Position numbers and translations under genes: made by a program
Part shown: in pieces, positions 9,328-19,749 of the stretch
Position numbering within the stretch: the first letter of the stretch is position 1
Layout of the letters: every line of letters starts with the position of its first letter
Virus record (IMG/VR): IMGVR_UViG_3300032163_000020
Location: 1 to 51,492 of that record
Strand: one strand, 5' to 3'
Length of the DNA stretch: 51,492 nt
From: a virus
Lineage: Duplodnaviria > Caudoviricetes
The notes under the pieces: generated by a model
Seen by the model: the letters and a program-made list of their open reading frames with translations, nothing else
Told to the model about the DNA's origin: nothing
Databases searched by the model: none

Positions 9328-10781
9328 TACCTAACCCTCCTTTCATTCCTTGCAACTTCAGCATTCTCACTCTTCTCCTGCGTGATGATTTTAAACTCGT
9401 CTAAATCAAAGTCACACCCATTAACATTTTCAATCTTGAAGGTGTAATGTTCCCCAGAGAATCCTTCGGGGAACTTAATTCTTGCCCTTCGTATTGCAGT
9501 AGTCAAACTACTCACTATGTCTTCATAAGATGGGTAATCATCACAGGTTATAGTAACTTTAATTCTTCCTGCTGCCGAGCCTATGAGTTGCCCATCCATC
9601 ACCCTCCTCGGCACAGGATTGTTAGGAGCAATCGCGTGGGTTGTAATACTCGCTGCAATCTTTGTTGTCTCATCAAGATCACCCGTCAACTCGTGTATCC
9701 CTGTTGGGCTTGTTGCAAGGACTTTATCATTCACAATGGCAAAGGAGTCAAAGCCAAAGTTAGTATACAGTGACACCGCTCCTGTCTTTGTATTCACAAC
9801 TTTGCATTCATATACCCCTGTTGTTAAAGTTGCATTCACAAGTGCTTCGACACTAACTTCAATATCACAATCAACGGTTCCTACAATGCCTACATAAGCG
9901 GTAGCTTCAATCTCAATCTCTATATTTACATCTGTTGCTGCCACTCCTCTTGCATAACCAGTTGCGGCGAGTTCGACTATAATGGAACTGTCAGTTGCAG
10001 CCATTAATGTCACAAATCCTGACGCCTCACATTCGATTTCTATATTACTATCCACAAACCCAGAATTTGCTGTAAATCCAATAGATTCACATTCTATTTC
10101 TATAGCGCTATCTATAACTCCAAGTCTTGTTACAAATCCTACACTTTCGCATTCCAGAATTATATCTTGTTCAAACGTACCAAGTTTACCTACAATAAGC
10201 GTACCTTCTGCTTCAATAACAATATCGCTTTCAACAACTGCACCAGAGTTAGCCTCACAAGTGATTTCGATGTTACAATTAACTGTGGCAACTTTTCCTA
10301 TAAATCCTGACGCTTCACATTCAGCTATAATATCTACATCTACTTCCCCTTCTCTTATCGAATAACCCTCAACTTCACACTCAACTTCAATATCTACATC
10401 TGCGTTTCCTCCCATTACAGGATAACCCTCGGCAAGGGTTGCTCTCTTTGCCTCATGTATGAAAACACCAGATGTTATAAGGCTGTCTCCAGCAATAAGT
10501 GTAGCCCTCTTTGCTTCATGATTAAACTCATAAATAGAGTAGCCGATAAAAGACTCATTACCAATGTCTTGGACTATTCCTTGCCATTGAAAAAAGGCGT
10601 CCATGTACGTATTATTACCAATACTGATATTAATAAGTGACTGTCCCAATAACCATGGGGACGCATCGGGGTAAGAATTGGTACCAATCCCCGGATTTGT
10701 CCCTGGATATTGAAAATATGAATCTATATTTGTAGTATTACCGACGGAAATTAATATTCCGTCTACGGCCCATGTGGACAT
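9327..10781 (-). CDS. Tail/structural protein with acidic beta-repeat stalk
   Basis: 484 aa with about ten ~20-aa repeats of (V/T)DxxIxIE(C/A)E(A/S)xG and a globular C-terminus. Lies in the tail block. Confidence 0.6.
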   Translation of the reverse strand: MSTWAVDGILISVGNTTNIDSYFQYPGTNPGIGTNSYPDASPWLLGQSLINISIGNNTYMDAFFQWQGIVQDIGNESFIGYSIYEFNHEAKRATLIAGDSLITSGVFIHEAKRATLAEGYPVMGGNADVDIEVECEVEGYSIREGEVDVDIIAECEASGFIGKVATVNCNIEITCEANSGAVVESDIVIEAEGTLIVGKLGTFEQDIILECESVGFVTRLGVIDSAIEIECESIGFTANSGFVDSNIEIECEASGFVTLMAATDSSIIVELAATGYARGVAATDVNIEIEIEATAYVGIVGTVDCDIEVSVEALVNATLTTGVYECKVVNTKTGAVSLYTNFGFDSFAIVNDKVLATSPTGIHELTGDLDETTKIAASITTHAIAPNNPVPRRVMDGQLIGSAAGRIKVTITCDDYPSYEDIVSSLTTAIRRARIKFPEGFSGEHYTFKIENVNGCDFDLDEFKIITQEKSENAEVARNERRVR

Positions 10782-10796
10782 TAATCCCCCTTAAGA

Positions 10797-12107
10797 TTAG
10801 TATTGTGGGACTGCAAGGCGAAGTCCTGTTCCTGTGCCAACATTGGTACTTTCAGTCATAATAAAATAGTTATATCCACCATAAGTAACTACATCTTCGG
10901 CAGCACCCCAATCTTTTGTGGTCAGGTAAATACTTAATAGTTTGCCAGCCTTTAATCCCTGTGTGAAATTGGAAAGGCCCACTTCATGCATAAAATGTTT
11001 CCAACTTAAATCTGTTCCAAAACATCTTACGGTCGGTACGGAACCCTTAAAGTTTGACAGGAATCCAAACTCAATAGTCGGGAACAGAAAGGCCGCAGTT
11101 GTTAATACATCAGCACTCTGACCCTTTAACCTTGGGGCAAATAGATTAGATGTTGTTAACACCTGAGTTGCTAACCCCATATGGTATAAATTCATATATA
11201 CATATGGAGGATATGCAGCTGCTGACGTGTCCCATCCAGCCGCCCTTGTTCTTTCAACTATTCCACTTGGAGCATATCCAGTTGAGCACCCATATACGCC
11301 TGTCGAGAGTTTGGAGAAGAAAATAGCATAAGTGGGAGCCACACCGATAAATATAGTCCCACCGTTTGTTACATTCAACTGTTGCCCATTAGCCTGTACG
11401 TCTGAAAGGGTGGCGAGATTAGTACCCGTATTCGCCCCGGCATCCCAACTCTCATATACAAGAGTTTTAAGGAAATTGGCAGTTGAAAAATCCAACATAA
11501 GATATTTATATGTAGTGCCGTCTGCATTCTTGGCCCTGAGAACCTGCTGATTTGATGTGCCTGTATTTGCATCATAAACTCCCCAACCCGCAGCAATTGT
11601 CGAGGTGATGGTTGTGTTGGCCTGCGTGCACGAAGCAGAAAGAAGAGTCTTATCTACCACACCCGTAAGCGGTTTTACACTCACATTGTCGATTGCAAAA
11701 CGTGATCCAGTTGAAGACGGGGTAAATATCAATGATCCTGTTGTGGTTGCAAGAAGATCCTCACTAAACACCGCATTGGTCGTTCTGAGCGCCCCACTCG
11801 CCCCACCATAGGTGACAGTCACGCCATCAACTGTGGCATCTTTCACCTCAAAGGAAACTCGGTAGGTAATCCCAGCCACAGCAGGTATGGAAACTGCTTG
11901 TGTGAGTGTACCTGTTCCATCTCCATTCTTAGATGCCTTGCCCGTACCATCCGCCCACCCAGAACCCAATGTCCAATTGGTAAGTCCGGCAACGGCGCAC
12001 GCACCATCAATTACCTTTTCGGCTCCTGGCCCTGTCATAAGAAGAACTACATCCGCGACTACTTCTGAAAGTGTTGCTCCTGCATTATAAGCATAAGTTG
12101 CAAACAT
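10797..12107 (-). CDS. Tail fibre/structural protein with a carbohydrate-binding-like jelly-roll insertion
   Basis: 436 aa, Thr/Gly-rich. Residues ~30-146 (NWTLGSGW...LTQ...YRVSFEV...IDNVSVK) resemble CBM/galactose-binding folds. GGAGG RBS. Confidence 0.55.
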   Translation of the reverse strand: MFATYAYNAGATLSEVVADVVLLMTGPGAEKVIDGACAVAGLTNWTLGSGWADGTGKASKNGDGTGTLTQAVSIPAVAGITYRVSFEVKDATVDGVTVTYGGASGALRTTNAVFSEDLLATTTGSLIFTPSSTGSRFAIDNVSVKPLTGVVDKTLLSASCTQANTTITSTIAAGWGVYDANTGTSNQQVLRAKNADGTTYKYLMLDFSTANFLKTLVYESWDAGANTGTNLATLSDVQANGQQLNVTNGGTIFIGVAPTYAIFFSKLSTGVYGCSTGYAPSGIVERTRAAGWDTSAAAYPPYVYMNLYHMGLATQVLTTSNLFAPRLKGQSADVLTTAAFLFPTIEFGFLSNFKGSVPTVRCFGTDLSWKHFMHEVGLSNFTQGLKAGKLLSIYLTTKDWGAAEDVVTYGGYNYFIMTESTNVGTGTGLRLAVPQY

Positions 12108-12120
12108 AAAATATCCTCCT

Positions 12121-12888
12121 TTATTCTGATAATGTTTCTATCCAAGTTTCCATGACATGAGGCAGTGCTATCGTCATAGATGTTGATCCCATAATATAAT
12201 CGGCATTGTTTTGCCCACACGTTCCCTGCATTCTTGGTTTAGTCCAAGGGGCTGCATCCACAAGGTCATTATCTGCCACGCTACTGGTCATCCTGAAATA
12301 GCTCGCGGTGCCGGTCGCACTATTGACGCCACTCCATACCCCTATTTTTTCAAGAACTCCAACTATAACCTCATCAAAAGTTAATCCATTAACTGGAGCA
12401 ACCCCACCTGACATAGCTACTACGGTTTTAGCAAGTGTTCCACCGCTTACTGTGCAAGCGACAACCCATGTATTTGGGCTAATACCAGTTCCCGGCAATG
12501 CTTTTATTGTGGCAACAGCCCCACTTGAAGAAGCTATATACTTTGGGTTTGTTATGTTTCTATTTATTGCTGAGGCGACTAATGCAGCGGTCACAGTAAG
12601 ACTTGTTAGATACACAATCGGTGAGTTTAATAATTCCACTGAATTTACAGTTACAGAATCCACCTGCCCCCCCGTACCGCTGAGCGTAACCTGTCCATAG
12701 GAAAGAACCTCCGGTGTCCATGCCCCACTGGATAATGTTATTTGACAAAGCATAGTCCCAGTTGCCGCATAGTCCGGGGAATCCGGAGGGGTCCCATCAT
12801 AAATTCTGAAAACTCCATTAGTCAACAGTCTCTTCTTACTACAAAATCCTTGAAGAAGATTTCTAAATGCCGTACTATATTCAATCAT
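12121..12888 (-). CDS. Virion structural protein (STxFRN family, paralogue of 14497..15303)
   Basis: Motifs YSTAFRN, IYDGTPP, ATGTML, W-G, ASYFR and PRMQG are shared with 14497..15303. Confidence 0.65.
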   Translation of the reverse strand: MIEYSTAFRNLLQGFCSKKRLLTNGVFRIYDGTPPDSPDYAATGTMLCQITLSSGAWTPEVLSYGQVTLSGTGGQVDSVTVNSVELLNSPIVYLTSLTVTAALVASAINRNITNPKYIASSSGAVATIKALPGTGISPNTWVVACTVSGGTLAKTVVAMSGGVAPVNGLTFDEVIVGVLEKIGVWSGVNSATGTASYFRMTSSVADNDLVDAAPWTKPRMQGTCGQNNADYIMGSTSMTIALPHVMETWIETLSE

Positions 12889-12902
12889 TTGTGTTACCTC
12901 CT

Positions 12903-14492
12903 TTATAATTTATGTATTCCTATCGCTGCCGCAGCTTCTTTATCAAAAGTATCGGCATATTTGCCGAGCAATTTATCCGTTATTACGTGTTTTGTATGTT
13001 TCCCGGAACCTGCATTTATTATTCCGAGAATACGACTTACGAAGGTATAATGTGTATTGTCCATATCATCGAAATGAACTTCTCCCGAATCACCAGTATA
13101 ATTCCATAATGTATACGTGTATACCAGATATTTCTCGTTCGCATAACAGGAGATGTCGGATATTCTACTACCGATAAAATTAGGGCCGAGACTTGGAGTT
13201 AAATATCCACTGCATGGTGTTTCACCAATATAGGAATAAGAATCTGAACTTGATTTTAGATCACAAATAACCTCGGTTTTCAACTCCCCACCGTTAGCAC
13301 GATAAGCAATTTTATATTCAACACAGGTAAGATCGTTTATGAATAGTGCGTAATCTGAACTGCCTTCCTCATGTAAGGTATAGCCGGATTTAAATTTATA
13401 AAAACATATAAAACTCTTATCCACTTGAATATTGTCATAATCAAGAATATGCATTTTCCCCAAAATTCTTGCATATCTATACCATACACTATAGGTACAA
13501 CACCACGTCACATCAAATACGCTCTCTCCTACTATATCGTTATAAGTAAACGTTCCAAGTTCGGTTTCCAGAGTTACATCACCAAATAAATAACTATATC
13601 TTGGACCTAATTCGGTATGAGCATTGCACACCGCAAGAGATCCCTCATTAATATTTGAATATGTCCATGTAGTCAAATCCACACCTATGTATTTATCCGG
13701 TGATAAGGCCGCAAATATATCACATGGATGAGCATAGGCAATCGTCGAACCATATTCTGTTACGCCGTTTTTTGTATAAACAATCCTGCCGCTCCCGCCG
13801 TCAATATTCTGCACGCATAATGTACTTATAACATCTCCATTTGCATCTTTATAAGAAGTATGCTTGCTTGTGCAAATGACAGAACTAACGGGGAAGGTTG
13901 CACTGTGGTTAAAAGTATCATCGTTTATATATTCATTCGGGACACCTATCAATACATCTATTTCACCGCCGGGCAATCCGAGAGAATAAGCTAACATCCC
14001 ATATTGCGGCCATACATTATCCGTACGTTCAAAATAAGAAACGTCCACTCTTTTGTTCTCGATTGTAAAAGTATGCTTATTATATTTGCTATTTGATTTA
14101 ACAGTGGATGGATTTCTATGGACGTAATTATCCCAAAATGTAACATATTTTAACAACCTAAAATTATAAGGTGTCAGCGTTACGCTTTCTGTTGCTATTT
14201 TCCATACAGCATAATGAGTTGCATCTTGGATGAGAAAGATTAATGTGCTTATTGTTACTATATTAGCATTAACAACTACTTCTTCTGGTGCAACAATCGT
14301 TATAATCACATCTCCCATATTGTTAATAATCCTAACCTTTGTCCCATCTTTATACGTAAAAGGAACTGGGGCATAAGTAGGTACACTCCCAAAGGAGGCT
14401 TCAAGGTTCATAAGTAACCTATCAGCCTCTGGGACATAAGCTGCTGCAAGTTTCTGATCTCCGAATCTTCGAATGATTTTGGATCTATACAA
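12903..14492 (-). CDS. Putative tail/receptor-binding structural protein
   Basis: 529 aa, beta-rich, Tyr/Ser/Thr-rich, between two structural paralogues. TTG start is uncertain. Confidence 0.5.
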   Translation of the reverse strand: MYRSKIIRRFGDQKLAAAYVPEADRLLMNLEASFGSVPTYAPVPFTYKDGTKVRIINNMGDVIITIVAPEEVVVNANIVTISTLIFLIQDATHYAVWKIATESVTLTPYNFRLLKYVTFWDNYVHRNPSTVKSNSKYNKHTFTIENKRVDVSYFERTDNVWPQYGMLAYSLGLPGGEIDVLIGVPNEYINDDTFNHSATFPVSSVICTSKHTSYKDANGDVISTLCVQNIDGGSGRIVYTKNGVTEYGSTIAYAHPCDIFAALSPDKYIGVDLTTWTYSNINEGSLAVCNAHTELGPRYSYLFGDVTLETELGTFTYNDIVGESVFDVTWCCTYSVWYRYARILGKMHILDYDNIQVDKSFICFYKFKSGYTLHEEGSSDYALFINDLTCVEYKIAYRANGGELKTEVICDLKSSSDSYSYIGETPCSGYLTPSLGPNFIGSRISDISCYANEKYLVYTYTLWNYTGDSGEVHFDDMDNTHYTFVSRILGIINAGSGKHTKHVITDKLLGKYADTFDKEAAAAIGIHKL

Positions 14493-14496
14493 AGAG

Positions 14497-15303
14497 TTAG
14501 CTCACCAGATATTTGATGTTGAGTTTGAATGAGGATACAAGTACAGGGCCACCGACCACGATTCCAGTAGAACCAGCAAGGTTTAAGGCTGCACCAGAAG
14601 TTGCTACATTAAGTTGTAACCTTGGATCAGTTGCATTGTTAGTCCCAAGATCATTATTATGAACAAACCTGGCGTATGAGCAAGTTCCTGCAATAAGTCC
14701 AACACCTTCCCAATCATATGCAGTTTCCTTCTCAACATAGCCCAAGGTTGCTGCACCAAGATGAAGGCTATTAATTCTGACATTAGCGGTTATAGCATTA
14801 AGGGTAGTAGTGATTGTACCAGAACCTGTAATACTTGTAATGACAAAAGGTTCACCAGCATATCTTGCTCTCAAGTATAAGACAGACTCTGTAACACCCG
14901 CGCCTATAATGGCAATAGCTTCTATTACAGGACTTAGAGTAGCATCAGCATTAATAGCCGTCGCAAGACTTGTTGCAAGGATATCATTCGTGCTATCCCC
15001 AGCAACCTGAGTATACACAAGGGTCTTTGATGGAGTTGTGCATATAAGAGTCACAGTATCATTTGTACTTCCCTTAACACAAGTAACATTAGCCTCTTGC
15101 CTTGTTGAGACTGTGGATGGTGTAAGAGATGCCCCATCTTTAGTAAGTTTGAATAAAAGATTACCAGTGGGTGCGACATCCGCAGTTGTTGGGGCTGAAC
15201 CATCATAGCCATAAATTACTCCGTCCTCAAACATCTCCTTAATCCCTTTACCCTGCGACAAACCATTCCTAAACCCTGTAGATAAAATTAATGTACCTGC
15301 CAT
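14497..15303 (-). CDS. Virion structural protein (STxFRN family)
   Basis: LSTGFRN, YDGSAPTTAD, PTGNLL, CSYARF, PRLQ. AGGAGG RBS. Confidence 0.65.
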   Translation of the reverse strand: MAGTLILSTGFRNGLSQGKGIKEMFEDGVIYGYDGSAPTTADVAPTGNLLFKLTKDGASLTPSTVSTRQEANVTCVKGSTNDTVTLICTTPSKTLVYTQVAGDSTNDILATSLATAINADATLSPVIEAIAIIGAGVTESVLYLRARYAGEPFVITSITGSGTITTTLNAITANVRINSLHLGAATLGYVEKETAYDWEGVGLIAGTCSYARFVHNNDLGTNNATDPRLQLNVATSGAALNLAGSTGIVVGGPVLVSSFKLNIKYLVS

Positions 15304-15315
15304 CTTAAACCTCCT

Positions 15316-16203
15316 TTAGACTATACCTACAGTTAGAAACTGTGGTATGTTGTTGTTTACTCTAAATAATGATGCCCCGTGGAGGTAAGAATCACTCTCC
15401 ATCTTATCAATGGTAAGATTGACCAATTCTCCGCCTGCACCACCTATACACATTCCTTGCGTAGTGTTAAATAATACTACATTTGTCTTAAGCCCTATGT
15501 TTACTAAAAGTCTCTCAGCGTGGACTTGGCTCCACTTAATTGCACCATAATCTGCTACAACTATCTGTTCCATCTCATTAGGGTCATTACCTTTCCAGAA
15601 CATTATACGCTCTCCGTTGGAGATATAAAGACCATCGTCGACAGATGCAAGGAGAGTAGGTTCGGTTGCCATTCTCATTCTAAATCCTCTGATGTCAATG
15701 ACATATAAGTTACCAGCGTCAGAGTATGTGATACCTTCATGGTTGGCGGTGTAAAGGCGATTATGGTAATATTCGATGACGTGGCCAGGCAACATCCTAC
15801 TCTTGAAAGGTTCAGTTGTGTTAGGAAATGCTGTATAAACATCCTGTTTCACATAACCTATATCGACAGCATTTGAGCAGAATAGTTTATCAAGCACCTT
15901 TCTATACCACATTTTATTATTGCTCGTCAAGGTGGCAATCGTACTTGCTGTGTGAGCTACATCATTATATTTTTTGAGAACTCCAGCTTCAACAAAGTAA
16001 CCATGCCCATCCTGATCAAAACTGTGAGGGGTGCCACTATACCGTTTAAGAAACCCTCCGCGCCTCGACCAATTACCAAGGTTGTTGATGTCTATATTAC
16101 TCCCTGCACTTATGAAGTCAATGACTGTTTGTGGATTCTCATATACCAAGGAATCCACCTCATTCACTCCATGCACAGGTTTAACTGTAAAAGTTATAAG
16201 CAT
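15316..16203 (-). CDS. Putative tail nozzle/stabilisation protein (beta-propeller-like)
   Basis: N-terminal GVN...NIDINNLGNWSRRGG motif typical of podovirus nozzle proteins. Follows the adaptor gene. Confidence 0.55.
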   Translation of the reverse strand: MLITFTVKPVHGVNEVDSLVYENPQTVIDFISAGSNIDINNLGNWSRRGGFLKRYSGTPHSFDQDGHGYFVEAGVLKKYNDVAHTASTIATLTSNNKMWYRKVLDKLFCSNAVDIGYVKQDVYTAFPNTTEPFKSRMLPGHVIEYYHNRLYTANHEGITYSDAGNLYVIDIRGFRMRMATEPTLLASVDDGLYISNGERIMFWKGNDPNEMEQIVVADYGAIKWSQVHAERLLVNIGLKTNVVLFNTTQGMCIGGAGGELVNLTIDKMESDSYLHGASLFRVNNNIPQFLTVGIV

Positions 16204-17201
16204 TATCTCCTCACCTTTATTCTCATACTGTTCTGACTCTGAACACTCATCACACGTTCTATGTTTGCTGAAGGACGATCACCAACACTTACCTCGAACA
16301 GTTGGCGATATCCTAATGCAATCTTACCATCTTCAGTTTCTGTGTCGCGCTTGCTAAACATCTTATACAAACACCATAACTTCATATCCTCATAATACTT
16401 CTCATGAATCTCAGGTGTAGGATAAGTAATACCAAGATGATTAAGAGGTAATCTCTTTACAACAAGAGTCAAGTCTCCATAGTCTACATCAGGATAAGGA
16501 TATAAGATTATCTCATTACTTGCAGTTATGATGTAAGATGTAGGTTCTCCTGTTTCACTTCTCCATCCGGGTAACTGTTCATCCATCTCCCTCTCTGATT
16601 GTTTAATCAGCGGCTCCCCTGTCCAAGCCACAAGGACAGTATCCACCATAATTATCTTTGCGTGCAATGCATACTTTGCGATTGCAGCAGTCAATGCCAT
16701 TGTGCATACTGTTGCGGTGGAGCGATCTTCAAGGACATATGCTCTACGACATATTTCATTTTGGCCTTCATCAAGGTAGTCGATAAGTTCCTGGGAATCC
16801 CAAAGCAACCCATCTGCTGGAACATTTGCTCCTTTATTCCTTGCTGTGTTTCGTACTGAATCGACTAATTGTGCAAGTACTCCTTTTAACAACGCGGTGT
16901 TATCAAGTTGGTAAAAATACTGAGCCTTACCAATAATAGACGATCCATAGGTAAACGAAACTTGTATAACCCGTAATTCTTCAAGTCTTGCAGTATTCTG
17001 AATTGCTGTATCAGTTGAAGATAGTGTTATGGTGTAAGATGTAGAACTGGGTGTTATAGTTGTTGCCACTTTAATAACTATTCCAGAATATACATCTACT
17101 ATTGTATAACTTCCTGTACTTGGAGTTACAGCAGTTCCATCTTCATCAACAAAGTTAAGTACTACATGTTGTACAGTACCAGATATAAATATAGGTAGCA
17201 T
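16203..17201 (-). CDS. Head-tail adaptor protein with extra N-terminal Ig-like domain
   Basis: C-terminal ~225 aa has W..ELIDYLDEGQNEICRR, GEPTSY, LYPYP and PEIHEKY adaptor motifs. The first ~100 aa are Thr/Ser-rich beta sequence. Confidence 0.6.
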   Translation of the reverse strand: MLPIFISGTVQHVVLNFVDEDGTAVTPSTGSYTIVDVYSGIVIKVATTITPSSTSYTITLSSTDTAIQNTARLEELRVIQVSFTYGSSIIGKAQYFYQLDNTALLKGVLAQLVDSVRNTARNKGANVPADGLLWDSQELIDYLDEGQNEICRRAYVLEDRSTATVCTMALTAAIAKYALHAKIIMVDTVLVAWTGEPLIKQSEREMDEQLPGWRSETGEPTSYIITASNEIILYPYPDVDYGDLTLVVKRLPLNHLGITYPTPEIHEKYYEDMKLWCLYKMFSKRDTETEDGKIALGYRQLFEVSVGDRPSANIERVMSVQSQNSMRIKVRR

Positions 17202-17210
17202 TAATACCTC

Positions 17211-17420
17211 CTACTCACCATATTGTTTAGACTTAAAGTTAATAGTATTACTTTTAGAAGTAATAATAGTAGTATTATCCTTTGTTACAAAAGTTATACC
17301 GCTTACTTTAGCTATAGTTGCTATGTAAAATGCGATGGTTAATAAATTATTACCCAATCCCCAAGCAAGGATTGCTGTACCTTTGCCTAATCCTTGCCCA
17401 GGTGTTAAACTATTATACAC
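17211..17420 (-). CDS. Small structural-region hypothetical protein
   Basis: Fills the gap between adjacent genes. Probable GTG start at 17420 overlapping the upstream stop. Confidence 0.45.
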   Translation of the reverse strand: MYNSLTPGQGLGKGTAILAWGLGNNLLTIAFYIATIAKVSGITFVTKDNTTIITSKSNTINFKSKQYGE

Positions 17421-17976
17421 TTGATTTAAGTTCCATCGAAATGATACCTGCTTGTATATCACTGATGTTATTACCATCTATATCTTGTAATACTTTATCT
17501 AAAATAGTTGTAGCATCGGTATCATCTCGTATGATTAAATGCCATTCTAAACCTACTTTAGTAAGATACTTTTTATTGCGGATGTATTGAAGTAATAAAG
17601 TAAGGCTATCATTACTATCTTGCACAGACGATTCAAGAGCAAGAACTGAAGCATCGACCTTAACTTCCAGATCGCTTTTGATATACATTTCCCCCGTGCC
17701 GATAATTGTGTCTGACGCCGGCGCAGGCGAGCCTCCTGCCTGCTTATAGACCGCAACGGTATAAAGGCCATCATTCCATACTGCCCTTGACTCAGACGCT
17801 TCATACCTCCCCTTAATGACAGAATCCTCAGTTAAGGATAAATAAGGGTCGGCAGGGGCAGATGCAAATGCTCCATCTGCGTCATTTAGGCGGAAATTAT
17901 CGGCTTCACGTCTGACTATGCAATATGTTGTTATTCCCGTTTCAGGATAATCACAAATTATTCTTTTTGATGCCAT
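17413..17976 (-). CDS. Hypothetical structural protein
   Basis: 187 aa, GGAGG RBS, tightly packed in the operon. Confidence 0.6.
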   Translation of the reverse strand: MASKRIICDYPETGITTYCIVRREADNFRLNDADGAFASAPADPYLSLTEDSVIKGRYEASESRAVWNDGLYTVAVYKQAGGSPAPASDTIIGTGEMYIKSDLEVKVDASVLALESSVQDSNDSLTLLLQYIRNKKYLTKVGLEWHLIIRDDTDATTILDKVLQDIDGNNISDIQAGIISMELKSSV

Positions 17977-19169
17977 GTTATGCCTCCTATCCTATGCCAA
18001 CCTTTTTTGTTATCATCTACCGCACTTTCCCATACATTGTATAAATCATCAAACCACTTCTGATATTCCCATTTCACATTGTCTATCAAAAACCTTTCTC
18101 CATACTTTCTGACTTCTTGATGGTCAACGTCTTTTGCCTTTATTGCTGCCTGAACAAAATCATCGAGAGTATTACAACGAAAACCCACCTTACCATTTAC
18201 ACAGTCAGGAATCGTACCGGGGAATACAGCAAAGTTCGTGGTAATCGGAGGCGTACCTGAAAGCATAGATTCTACGTGTGTTCCCGCAAAGCATTCAAGA
18301 TATTCAGTAGGTGTAAAGGTTGCAATCGCTTTTGACATGAGTTTCTTCCTCTGCTCTATACCAACAAACCCTACATATTCCCATGTTCCCGGAGCTAAAT
18401 CAAAATCGGGATCATTATTAGGAATAAGATGACCGTTAGAATGAACCCTTGCTCCCTGCCCTGCTATAATCAACTTCTTTCCTATTGCGTTACAGGCCAT
18501 GGCAGCCGTAAGAATCCCCTTGCGCTTTATCATCCTGCCAATAAAGAAATAATAGTCTTCCTTCTCAGAAGAAAATGTAAAATCATCAGGTTCAAAGTAA
18601 TTCGGTATCACCCGGTCATAATAACTACCGTTGATACACTCAAAAGGAGATTCCGAACCATAAGTAAAATTCTGTATATATGAACTTTCAAACGCCCTGA
18701 AATTGCCCTTGATTGAGCCTCGGTATCCTATCCCCGGTTCACAGTTAAGGAATAACTTTACTGCATCAGTAATAGGTTTCTGATAATGTCCTTGCGTAAG
18801 CAGTAAGAAATCATCGGGTCTTTTAATTTTGTTGATATGTTCAATGCAAGACATATAAAATTTTAAGGTAGATGGGTTCTTGGCGGTATTAAAATCATGC
18901 CTGAAATCGGTATTAGTCCAATCGTATCCGACATCAAATCTATTATCTCCGTCTCCATAATCTTTTCTAATATCTGAAAGAGTATGTGTCTGAATAAACT
19001 CGGCGCATTCAACATTACTTCCTTCACTTCCGTAAAAGAAAACTTCATGTCCTAAAGACATAAGCATTTTGGAGAGTTTGATGTTCTTCTGAGTGAAGGC
19101 GCATGACATATACTCCCTTCTTTGCGGAAGATGAGCTAACGATATAAGATGGAATCTATATTTTCGCAT
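17958..19169 (-). CDS. Glycosyltransferase (GT-B fold, GT4-like)
   Basis: LGHEV, VIPN, FIGRMIKRKG and ECFAGTHVE (EX7E motif). Likely start MRKYRF at 19169. Confidence 0.85.
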   Translation of the reverse strand: MRKYRFHLISLAHLPQRREYMSCAFTQKNIKLSKMLMSLGHEVFFYGSEGSNVECAEFIQTHTLSDIRKDYGDGDNRFDVGYDWTNTDFRHDFNTAKNPSTLKFYMSCIEHINKIKRPDDFLLLTQGHYQKPITDAVKLFLNCEPGIGYRGSIKGNFRAFESSYIQNFTYGSESPFECINGSYYDRVIPNYFEPDDFTFSSEKEDYYFFIGRMIKRKGILTAAMACNAIGKKLIIAGQGARVHSNGHLIPNNDPDFDLAPGTWEYVGFVGIEQRKKLMSKAIATFTPTEYLECFAGTHVESMLSGTPPITTNFAVFPGTIPDCVNGKVGFRCNTLDDFVQAAIKAKDVDHQEVRKYGERFLIDNVKWEYQKWFDDLYNVWESAVDDNKKGWHRIGGITWHQKE

Positions 19170-19749
19170 AATTATCCCCTTTAAAAATTCCATAATAACA
19201 TTTACCTCTTGCCGTGTTTTCATCTATGAAGTCCGCTTTGCCTTCTCCCCTTAACCATTCATTTAACTTTAACGGAGTAAGCTCGTGTGGATGCCCTTCC
19301 GAAGTACCGCAATCAACCCACTCGAAAAGTCTGATTATCTTAGATACCTTCCTTGCATTCTTAATTACCCGTTCAGGACTGATAACGTGTTGGAGGACAT
19401 TATATATCCAACACTCGTCGTAGACGACCGCATCAATCGGCATATCTTCGCCCGCACAGTGAATAAACTGTAAACCGGCTAAGCTATATCGTTGCTCTAT
19501 CCATGCAGGGTAATCACAGGGGTCAACTACTACACCCTTTTCGAGATTTATGCACTTTAGTAATAAGGATACCGGCCCACCACCAATATCCAAAACTGCT
19601 TTATTCTGCATATCTATGTTGAAAGGAGACTTGCCGTTATGGAAAAACTGTAATCCCATTCTCTTGGCATATGCAATTTGTTTGTATTCCTCGCCAAAAG
19701 TATTAACCGCAGAACCCCACCAGTTCTTTTCCCATTCCTGATGATTCAT
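19156..19749 (-). CDS. Class I SAM-dependent methyltransferase
   Basis: VLDIGGGP motif I, VVVDP and NVLQHVISP. Likely start at 19749, coupled to the upstream stop. Confidence 0.85.
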   Translation of the reverse strand: MNHQEWEKNWWGSAVNTFGEEYKQIAYAKRMGLQFFHNGKSPFNIDMQNKAVLDIGGGPVSLLLKCINLEKGVVVDPCDYPAWIEQRYSLAGLQFIHCAGEDMPIDAVVYDECWIYNVLQHVISPERVIKNARKVSKIIRLFEWVDCGTSEGHPHELTPLKLNEWLRGEGKADFIDENTARGKCYYGIFKGDNYAKI

